NCBI GenBank assembly: GCA_964019425.1
Contig: OZ025780.1
Location: 1,054,001-1,118,000, forward strand
Direction of reading: 5' to 3'
Length of the DNA stretch: 64,000 bases
Source of the DNA: Flectonema sp. DT1601
Lineage: Eukaryota
Shown: positions 24,120-33,643 of the stretch, in pieces
Numbering within the stretch: the first letter of the stretch is position 1
Layout: each line of letters begins with the position of its first letter
Notes under the pieces: generated by a model
Seen by the model: only the letters and a program-made list of their open reading frames with translations
Databases searched by the model: none
What the model was told of the DNA's origin: nothing
Position numbers and translations under genes: made by a program

Positions 24120-25692
24120 ATGACTGATGAAGGAATTGTGCATGAGTGCAGGTTGCCATTAACAATTAGAGATCCACAAGGTACTGAACACGTATTGGCA
24201 ATTAACATCCTGGGAGATGTTAGTCAACTTGTCAACGAAATTAGAACTCAGCTGCTATACAGTAGAGACACCAGATTCTCAATATTTTGGGCGGAAGATG
24301 AAATCACGGAAGAGATCTTAAAAGGACTAAGCAGTGGAGACACACTCACATTGGGAGAGCTGTGTGATATCAACGATGTGAAGATTGCTATCCAGCAATC
24401 AGATCTTGAAGCACTCACAAGACTTCACAAAGGAGGTGTTAATTTTACAGCCAGGATTCCTCAAACTAAATTAAGACCACTGCAGTATGCTCTGCCAAAT
24501 CCTGAGGTATTACACCACCTCTGTCGTATGAAAGTAGACCTTTCACAGCATCAAAATGACAACAACGAAACCATTCTTCATCTTGCTTGTTACAAAAATT
24601 ACAAAGAACAAATAATAACTTTGCTAAAATATGGAGCCGATCCCAACGATGTTGATATTGATGGAAACACTCCTATTCATATTCTCGCTCAGTTCAGTAC
24701 TCCAGATATCTTTGATGCTGTAATCGAGTGGTCTGCCTTTCCGATCAATGCAAACAAACCCAACAAACAGGGAGCGCCTCCTTTGTTGTTTGCCTGCAGT
24801 CGGTGCTCAGAAATAGGAAGACTTATTGTTCTAAAACTGATACAGCAGGGGGCCTGCCCGAGTAACGGAATCCGATACGCAACGGAAAAACTTGGTTATA
24901 AGGTTTGAGTTTTTTTTTTTTCTTCTAACTTTGAGCAAAAAGCTCTATTCCGGTCAAACTTAAGCCAAAAGGTGACAATTGTATCCGCGGGCCTTGAAAA
25001 AAAAAATTAGGTACTTGTTGGGAGTTGGACTCCTGAAAATCATATCTTTTTAATGCTATCTAACTTGGGTCAAATGGTCAGAGGCCTCTATTCCAGACTT
25101 CTCAAGGAACGTCGGGAGCTTCTTCTTCTTCTTCTTCTTCTCTTGGCGTTGAGTTGGTGTTGGAGAGAGTTCTTCGAATACACCGACAGGGCGTCTTCTT
25201 ACAGCCCTCTTCACCCTGAGCATCACTGTGACGCTCTGATCTCCGATCCGCGTGTTGTTCGTATCCAACATACCCCGACATCATTCTCAGCTCATCTGTT
25301 GCTCTGAGCAGGGAGCGCTTTACCTCCGACCATCTCTTCTCCGGACCATTTTTGTCCGTGAAAACAAAACAAAACAAGACAAAATAAATCAACAGATGGT
25401 TGACATACTTAAAGATCTGTACCTCATACATCTTGAGAAGTCCGTCGTCGAGAAGTCGGAACTACCGAAATCACGCGAATGGTACTACGGAAAGTGTGAC
25501 CCAGCGTTGATGAAGGAAATTCATAGAAACAACATCGGCGCGAAGTTACCAAGAACGAGACCTTCTAAAGTATCCTATCAGAGTCATGTTGATAGGGAAT
25601 TTAATTTTGTTTCTAAAGAAAATGAGTTTCACGATTCTAAAAAAATGTCTGGCATGACATACGCTGACATGGTCATTGGGACTACTTTTTAA
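24120..25692 (+). CDS. Ubl-like + ankyrin-repeat protein with conserved C-terminal KLPRTRP domain, paralog A; exons 24120-24902 and 25396-25692
   Basis: Ankyrin motifs ETILHLAC, GADPNDVDIDGNTPIH, GAPPLLFAC. A phase-0 intron GTTTGA(24903)...TCAACAG(25395) joins to the 25252 ORF frame. Colinear with paralog B. Confidence 0.85.
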
Positions 25693-26099
25693 TTTTCCCG
25701 TCCTCACGATGTAGAATGTTAGTGACTGTGAAAGGAGTCTTTTTTTTGGGTGCTTTCGAACCGTATGTATGAATACGTCCCCCGCTGTGCCTAAGTGCAC
25801 TTATTTTGTATTACTTGTGGTTAATCTATCCTTTACCGTAAGTAGGTATTTTTACTCTCTCTTTCTCTCTTCCGAATTTTGAATGAGCTCCTCGTTCACT
25901 GCAGTTTCCATATCTTACCTTTATCTTACTGCGGGTCCCTTCTTTATGACTGTGGTGAGCAGACACTACACAGATAGTAATTACTTCCTCTCTTTTTTGT
26001 TTTATTATTGTTCGACTCTCAAATCGGAGAATATTGATATTCTGCAGAAGTAGAATACGGAAATCTAAACAACTCTTTTATATAAGTTTTATTTAACAA

Positions 26100-27422
26100 A
26101 TGGAAACTGACAAGACTGAATGTGTTCTACCATTGGTAGTCAGAGATCCTTCTTCTGTAGAACATGTTGTCCCGATTGACATCATGGGAGGTGTTCATGA
26201 GATGGTAAGGAATATAATTGATCATCTGCAATATGATTGTAAAACAAAATTTGCAACTTTCTGGTCAGGTGATGAAATAACAAACGACTCGTTAAAAGGA
26301 TTGAGTAGCGGAGATACGATCACGTTGGGTGAGTTATGCAATGAGAAGGAAATTAAGAAAGCTTTAATGCAGGAAAATCTTCCAGCACTCACCAGACTGT
26401 ATAAAGGAGGGATTGATTTTGTATCAAATATCCCAGGGACTAACAGAATGCCTTTAGAGTTTACGGTTGGAAAGCGAGAGATGCTACGGCACTTGAGTGA
26501 GTTGGGAGTTGACATCTCTCATCAGTTTGGTAATCGACGTCGAACTCTTCTTCACAATGCGTGTGCTGTATCTAATGAACAAGATATTGCTGTGTTGTTA
26601 CAGTGTAAAGCAAACCCAACCATTAAAGACATCGATGGAAACACTCCTCTTCACTTGGTTGTTTCTTTTGGTTTAGTTTGCGCACTCGAAACTTTTTATT
26701 ACAACTGCACTCAATCAATTTCTATGAATGAATATAATTCAGCTGGTTATGTACCACTTCATTATCCATGCAAGCAGGGGCAGACATCCATCATAAGGAA
26801 GATGGTTGAATTTGGATGTAACCCTCACTTAGTTGTTCATCGAAGCTACCGTCGTGAGGTATGTATATAAACTATTGAACTGTTAATTATTTATCAACTC
26901 CGATGATTTTTTTTTTTCTTTGAACGATAGCAACTTCAACATAGAATGAAGTCCCTTAGAACTTACTGATGAAGGCCTAAAAAGGGGACGAGTAGAATAA
27001 GATTAAGGCTCCTGAAATTGCATATTCTATTACCAGAAAATGAATACTTACCTCTATTTTTTATTCTCACTTTTTTTGATACTAAAATTAATAATATGAA
27101 CTAACCACAATAGGTATCACAACTTCTAAAGGAACTCTGCGGATCAACTGTGAGTGTGACGTCGTCGATTAGAATAACTGACGAGTTACCAATGTCAAGA
27201 AATGAATATTTCGATTCGCAAGATCCAACAGCAGCAAAGCTATTTGATCGCAGTCATAAAGGAGTCAAGTTACCCAGGACACGTCCAACCAAACAAGTCT
27301 ATCAGAAAGACATCCAAAGAGTCATCTCATTTACTTCTGTTGAGAAACACTTTCACGAATCGAAGAAACTTCCGGGAGTGTCATACGCCGACATGATTTC
27401 TGGCAGGCATTTAATTGTTTAA
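26100..27422 (+). CDS. Ubl-like + ankyrin-repeat protein with conserved C-terminal KLPRTRP domain, paralog B; exons 26100-26858 and 27114-27422
   Basis: Shares ECxLPLxxRDP, LKGLSSGDTxTLGELC and DIDGNTP with paralog A. Phase-0 intron GTATGT(26859)...CTAACCACAATAG(27113), in frame with the 27150 ORF. Confidence 0.87.
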
Positions 27423-27608
27423 TTTCCTAACCTACCAGTTGCTTGCGAGTCAACCATTTCTGATACCCAACTCTAACAGGTGTACTCTGAACTACTATTC
27501 CTCTCTTTTGTTGTGATTGTGATCTTCTAACCTTTACGTGATCACAGCATTCTTGTTAAAATATTCACAGCGTGTCTTTATTTCTATTTTCTCCTCAGAC
27601 TTACATAA

Positions 27609-30600
27609 ATGAATGAATTGGTGGACGTTCTGACAGATGCAAAGGATGACCTTCAGATGACTGTGAGGGAGGTTTACACTCTTGCGATTGGAATATTATT
27701 ATTTCTGAGGTACTCTGGATTAGTTGCTTTACGATGTGGACAAGTAAACGGTGAATTAGTAAGCTCCGTATGCGTACAACTCTTATGTTCAATTGTTATT
27801 GGTGGAACCCTATGGTGGATAGTAGGTCATGGTATCTCACATGGTGAAGGTCTGCTCTTTGGAACTACAAATTACTTGCCGTCTCTTGATATCAATAAGT
27901 TCGATTTCTTGTGGGTAATTGAATTTATGATTGCTGTCACGTCTTTGGATGGTCTGCAATCGATGTTAGTTGGAAGAATTTCATTTGTTGGTTATGGATT
28001 GATCATAACCTCGTTATTAGTATTTAGCATCCCATTAACATTTCATACTGTTTGGGGTACATCATCATGGTTAAGACCAGACTCTGTAAATGTTTTCTAT
28101 TTTGGTCTATTCGATCCTTCAGGAGCCACAACAGCCTTCCTCTACTCGGGAGGAAGTGCCTTAGCCTGCAGCTACATCATTGGAGGTCGAAATCTAGAGA
28201 GTTCTGTACTTTCTGGAATCAGTCATCAACGAGTAATGGAAGGTCACAATTACTTTTCACAAGCTTCAGGATTATTCTTTATTTGGATGGCCGTGTTCGT
28301 ACAGGTTGGAAACGGAGTAGTTCAAGGTGAGATAGACATAACAAATTTAGGAAAAGGAATCACTTTTGTCCTGGTGATGACATCATTTAGTACGGTAGCT
28401 GCGATTCTTTGTTCTGTTGATATAAATAAATATTATCGAGTGAGTTCAGTTATCAATGCGATAATAGCTTCTCTAAATGCGTCATGCTCAGTCTGTCACT
28501 GCGTGGCTATCGCTTGGGCTCCTCTGATCGGATTGATTGCAGCTGTTTTATACTTCGCTACCCGAACTCTGATTGAAAAGCTAAAGATCGATGATCCGTT
28601 TGTTGTAATTGGTACTCAATTCATCCCTGCGGTGTGGGGTGCTATTGCAGTGGCACTCTTCGCTGAAGAACACTATTTCACAACAAATACTCGTTCAAAC
28701 GGATTGTTTTACGGAGGTACTGACCTACTCGCATCACAGATACTTGCGGTTATCGTTATTCCGTTGTGGGGGTTTGTGTCAACATCATCAGTCCTATTGA
28801 TCGTAAAGAAAGCAACGAGAGTACTGACTACAGACGATTCCAACGACCATGGAGGTTACTATTGTGATATAGATGGAATGTTTAATCCTCACATTGCTTC
28901 TGAAGACATGATCGAAGATTTCGGAACTCACAGAGACCTACCTGATGACAAGTCAGCAGCCCCATGCCATACTGCTATCGGTGATGACAGGACTACGAAT
29001 GCTTCAGAAATAGATTTCAGTGTCGGTATCACCAAAACAACTGACGTAAAAGTATCTCAAAGAAGTAGTCAAGCCGTCAGGTGGCTGATATTTTGTGTAG
29101 TTTTATCTGCGTCTCTCGGGAGTTCTCTCGCACAGTCAGAGACCATAACTTTAGATCTGTCTTCGGATACGAATTCAACTGCTGATTTCTCTGAAATTTT
29201 TAATAACCTAACCCGGCAAGTTACGGAAACTAAAGACAGTATTAATGTAGTGTGGGCTCTTCTTTGTGCGATTATCGTTTTTTCAATGCAACTTGGATTT
29301 TGTTTTTTGGAATCAGGCGGAGTGAGATCCAGCAGCGTTATTAACATCACCTTCAAGAACATCGGAGACTGCGCTATTGGATCTATGTGTTGGTGGATTA
29401 CTGGTTATGGTATTAGTTATGGTGATGGAGGCATCTTTTTCCCAACTTCATCAGAGTTATTCGTGTTATCACCCCATCCAGAGTATGAGGGTGGTAAACA
29501 ACTGGCTCATTTCTTTCTATCTTTCACTTACATGACCACAGCAGTCACTATTGTATCAGGCGCTGTGGCTGAAAGAATATCCCTACCTGCCTACTATGTT
29601 TTTGTCGTTGGTCTGTCTTCATTCTTTTATCCGATGGTAGTTCGATCTGTGTGGTCGATGTACGGATTCTTATCACCGTTTTCAAATAATATGATTGGAA
29701 GTGGTTCTCTTGACTTCGCTGGTAGTATTGTGATTCATTTATTCGGAGGAGTGTTCGCACTTGTAGCTGCTCGGATAATGGGTCAGAGACAACTACCTGA
29801 CGGAGTTGATGTGTTTAGTATCAGGGGAATTGAATTATCTGCTGGACATAATAAATTTCAAACAGCATCTGGAACTCTCTTTTTATGGTTTGCGTGGTTT
29901 GCATTCAACGCAGGGGGGGTCCTGCAAATCAGCGACGGCGGTTCGATAGTCGCAGCGAATGCTGTCGTTACGACACTGCTTGCATCTGGTTCTGGAGGGA
30001 TAATTGGTTTGTTAACAAGTCGATTGTTCTTAGGTTACTTTGATGTTTCTCATGTTTGTAATTCAGTTCTCGTTGGATTAGTTTCAATAACAGCAGGCTG
30101 TGCTTACATCTCTCCATCATACGCACCATTAGTTGGAGCTGTCGGATGTTTCTTTTACATGATCTTCCGGCACATCAGAATCAAACTCCGAATCGACGAT
30201 GTAATCGACGCTGGTGCTGTCCATTTCGGAGGAGGTCTTTGGGGAGCTTTATCAACAGGTCTGTTCTCAGATTGTGATCGAATTAGACTCGCAACTGGTG
30301 TTAAAACATATTCTGATTGCGGTCTTTTTATTTCCGGTGAATGGACGCTCCTTGGTGTTCAAGTTACTACAGTAGTCTGTGTTGCTGCTTGGTCTGTTTT
30401 ATGTTCAACTATATTATGTTTTGGTCTCAAATATACAATCGGTCTTCGGGTCGATCCTCTCTATGAATTAAACGGGATTGATCAATCTGAACACAAAGCT
30501 CATTCTTATGATTATATCGAACGGATTCAAGCAGAACGTGAAAAAGCTGTCGAAGCTCAACAAGTTGCTGAAAAAGTAACACAAGCAATGTCTCAGTTCA

Positions 30601-31841
30601 GTCTTGATGAAGCAGCTAGCATCATGAAGGAAGCAAGAACTCGTCATGATTTAGAGTTGTACAAATACTTTGACACCCTTCTTAGTAACCTAAGACTCTA
30701 CAAGCCATACTTACCAGATACTCTGTTTCGTGATGTGACTATTGAAAATAACGGCGATTGTCCTTCAACGAGCACCATGAGTACTGAAAGTAAGACATGT
30801 TCTACAGCTCCAACTTCAACGTTGGGTAATAAACTAGGAACTGGTTTGAGTAAGTATCCCAGATCAACATTACTCCATGCGAGGTTATCAGACAATCACG
30901 AAATGACATCAATAAGTGAAAGAGTACTAAAGTACACTTCAATAATTGCTCTCTTTGAAGACTCCGTCAGAGAGAGTCGAGGATGTCTCGTTCGTGTTGA
31001 GGGAAACTCATTGATGGGAGTCTGGGGAATATCTGGCTTCGTTGCGATGTCAGCACATGTTGCAACACGGGTATCCCTATCTGTTCTGTCAAGGTATAAA
31101 AATATAATTCAAGGAACTGAAGATAAACATCTTGGAGACCCTCTGTATGGTCTGACCGGATGTCAAAATTGTATTCTCCACACAGCAATTGTAGGTGGTT
31201 GTGTCATTGCGGGGAATATCGGAACCACGACGACCCGGTCAAGTATTATTTTAGGTTCGAGTGTTAATCAAGTTACTACTTTATCTCAAATTGGAATATA
31301 CATTAAAAGTAAACTAATAATTGGATCACACGTAGCTCAAAGTATAGTAAGTGACTATGAGTGTCGACCAGTTGATGTTATTGGAGGAGAGTATTTTGGA
31401 AGTCGACAAGAAGTATTTGAGATCATAGGAAAGTGTAATCAAGTCGAAGACAGCAGGGAATGGATGTACGAAATCCAACATCCGGAAGTAAAAACCAGCA
31501 AACACGAAGACTACTACGATGCATTCAGAAACATGCGATCTGGGAACTACTCATTAGCAATTTCATCATTCTCGGCGTACCTTCGTAAGAACCCTGGAGA
31601 TATTGGAACACATCGCCTGATGGGAATCGCAAGATCACTTGATTTCGATTCCCGTTACAAGCCGGTAGACTTTGGACGTTTAGTTACCTTCCCACCGTTT
31701 GAGTTATATGCTGGAGAATGCTTACCTCGTAATATTGCAATTGATGTTCTCGTTGCAATTATTGCGATTGTAGTTTCCGCGTCTAGTGCCTCTAACAGCT
31801 ACTCTGACAGTGATGAAAACACCACGGCATCGATCGACTGA
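27609..31841 (+). CDS. Tandem ammonium transporter (Amt/Mep/Rh) domains fused to a class III adenylate/guanylate cyclase-like domain and a TPR-like tail
   Basis: Amt2 motifs: MQLGFCFLESG, IVSGAVAER, DFAGSIVIH, LWFAWFAFNAG, LVGLVSITAGC, IDDVIDAGAVH, GLRVDP..E..GID.SEH. Amt1 degenerate equivalents: WWIVGHGISHG, DPSG, LKIDDP, GLFYGG. Cyclase-like: LRLYKPYLP, VEGNSLMGVWG, GCVIAGNIG, ILGSSVN, EWMYE. Uninterrupted 1410-aa ORF. Confidence 0.9.
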   Translation: MNELVDVLTDAKDDLQMTVREVYTLAIGILLFLRYSGLVALRCGQVNGELVSSVCVQLLCSIVIGGTLWWIVGHGISHGEGLLFGTTNYLPSLDINKFDFLWVIEFMIAVTSLDGLQSMLVGRISFVGYGLIITSLLVFSIPLTFHTVWGTSSWLRPDSVNVFYFGLFDPSGATTAFLYSGGSALACSYIIGGRNLESSVLSGISHQRVMEGHNYFSQASGLFFIWMAVFVQVGNGVVQGEIDITNLGKGITFVLVMTSFSTVAAILCSVDINKYYRVSSVINAIIASLNASCSVCHCVAIAWAPLIGLIAAVLYFATRTLIEKLKIDDPFVVIGTQFIPAVWGAIAVALFAEEHYFTTNTRSNGLFYGGTDLLASQILAVIVIPLWGFVSTSSVLLIVKKATRVLTTDDSNDHGGYYCDIDGMFNPHIASEDMIEDFGTHRDLPDDKSAAPCHTAIGDDRTTNASEIDFSVGITKTTDVKVSQRSSQAVRWLIFCVVLSASLGSSLAQSETITLDLSSDTNSTADFSEIFNNLTRQVTETKDSINVVWALLCAIIVFSMQLGFCFLESGGVRSSSVINITFKNIGDCAIGSMCWWITGYGISYGDGGIFFPTSSELFVLSPHPEYEGGKQLAHFFLSFTYMTTAVTIVSGAVAERISLPAYYVFVVGLSSFFYPMVVRSVWSMYGFLSPFSNNMIGSGSLDFAGSIVIHLFGGVFALVAARIMGQRQLPDGVDVFSIRGIELSAGHNKFQTASGTLFLWFAWFAFNAGGVLQISDGGSIVAANAVVTTLLASGSGGIIGLLTSRLFLGYFDVSHVCNSVLVGLVSITAGCAYISPSYAPLVGAVGCFFYMIFRHIRIKLRIDDVIDAGAVHFGGGLWGALSTGLFSDCDRIRLATGVKTYSDCGLFISGEWTLLGVQVTTVVCVAAWSVLCSTILCFGLKYTIGLRVDPLYELNGIDQSEHKAHSYDYIERIQAEREKAVEAQQVAEKVTQAMSQFSLDEAASIMKEARTRHDLELYKYFDTLLSNLRLYKPYLPDTLFRDVTIENNGDCPSTSTMSTESKTCSTAPTSTLGNKLGTGLSKYPRSTLLHARLSDNHEMTSISERVLKYTSIIALFEDSVRESRGCLVRVEGNSLMGVWGISGFVAMSAHVATRVSLSVLSRYKNIIQGTEDKHLGDPLYGLTGCQNCILHTAIVGGCVIAGNIGTTTTRSSIILGSSVNQVTTLSQIGIYIKSKLIIGSHVAQSIVSDYECRPVDVIGGEYFGSRQEVFEIIGKCNQVEDSREWMYEIQHPEVKTSKHEDYYDAFRNMRSGNYSLAISSFSAYLRKNPGDIGTHRLMGIARSLDFDSRYKPVDFGRLVTFPPFELYAGECLPRNIAIDVLVAIIAIVVSASSASNSYSDSDENTTASID

Positions 31842-32438
31842 GGTACTGTTTATTACCATCACTGGAAACTGTAGTCGTCTTCTTAGGTATGACCTGAACA
31901 GAAAAGGATCTGTTCCTATTTTTTTAAGCCAAAGTAGAGGATGGTTGCATTGTGTCTGGCGGACCAATTCGACACACTGGCTGGTAGCGATAGAACTCTA
32001 TGCTTCTTTATTTGTTATTTTATAATTTTATCACTCTAGTTCTTTGTACCCTTTTCCCAACTTATTATTTTACGAAGCGAAATTATTGCATTTTTTTTCC
32101 CTCTCCGCTTCGCATTTTTTTTCATCCAATTTTCTTTTTTTTTTTTTTGGCGGCTTGAAAAAAGCACCCTCACCATGTCTCAGTTTTTCTTTTTTTTTTT
32201 GTTTGGTTTTTCACACAGTGTGTGATGTGAGGATAACCACTCGTGGGGACGTAAATTTTTCTCCAGCCAGCCGACTTTTCTTTTTTTTATTCCTTTCGAG
32301 ATAACCAGCCTTCCTGTACTCGACTACAGGACGAGGAGGATGGTTTTTTTGTTATTTATATTATTTTTTTCTTCCTCCCTTCAATTTTGCTTTACTGCTT
32401 GCAAACAATAAGTCAATAGTTCCATGTTGTGGGAACCC

Positions 32439-32477
<39 letters not shown>

Positions 32478-33063
32478 TATTTTTAGTATGTCTGTAGTAT
32501 TGCCCAACTAGTTGAAAATAAAAAAAACGATTGATTTCATTATTTTGTACGAGTCGTTGTTAAGGACTGGAGGAAGTTACCCAGTTTTGATTGTGCTTTT
32601 TTTTTTTTTTTTATATTCTAATAATAGCAATTCTAAAAAAAAAAAAAAATCTTATCGCTAGCTGACACTGACTCTTCATCAAGGCGATGAGCCAACAGCA
32701 AGTCATACTTTTATTATATTTTTCTTTTCTTCTTTTTTTTTTTGTCTTGTGTTAGGTTTTTTATTATCTTTTATTAGGAAGATGGACCAACCACGTACGT
32801 CGAATTACCATCTCACACACTATCACCCTAAGTAGACTCAAGGCTGTGGGTACAAACTTAAAAAAAAAAACGATTATTTGTTTGTTGTCCCTAAAAGAGA
32901 ATTTTCTTTTTGAATTGACGTGATTTATATGAATGCTGACGATATCTCATACACTACCGCCATTTATATCATTTGTTTTCCCTCCTTTTTGTTTTTTTTT
33001 TCTCTCTTTTTCTGTTGAAAATTTGGCATTTCATTTAAATTTATCATAGTTGGTTGACAAGTG

Positions 33064-33097
<34 letters not shown>

Positions 33098-33219
33098 ATG
33101 TTGTGAGTTTCCTCTCTCTGGTGCGGTTTTTTTTTTTATTGTTGTTTAGTTGACCGCGACTAGCTGACCAGAATATCATCAAAACACTTGTGCATCTCTT
33201 TTTTTTTTTTTTTTTTTTT

Positions 33220-33331
33220 GTACCTACAAACCCATTGTTCGGTAGAAAGAGAATTGTGGCAGCGTAACTACCTATTCCTTTATTAGGATTTTCTACCGGT
33301 TGCGCACAAACAAAATAAAAGTGTGAGTTAG
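33220..33331 (+). repeat. Dispersed repeat family A, copy 2
   Basis: Matches 5181-5299 in the same orientation and is also preceded by a T-run. Confidence 0.92.
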
Positions 33332-33605
33332 TAAGTAAAAAGTGAAGTTTGCCGATTCTTTTTTCCCCTCTCAAAATTCTCTTGTTTTCTTGAGTTTCAC
33401 GTAGAAATAACGTGGCGGTGTTGGACAATTTTTTTTTTTTTTTTTTTTTTTGTGTTCTCTTTTTCCTCAGTATAAGTTAATTGACTAGCTTTTTTTAATG
33501 ATATTCTTGTACCCTTTCAAAATGATTTCTTTTTACTGGTGTACATAGTTTCTTGTTCCGTTGTGAAACATGTGTGGGTGTGTCTATTTTTTGAAGTTTG
33601 AGCCG

Positions 33606-33643
<38 letters not shown>

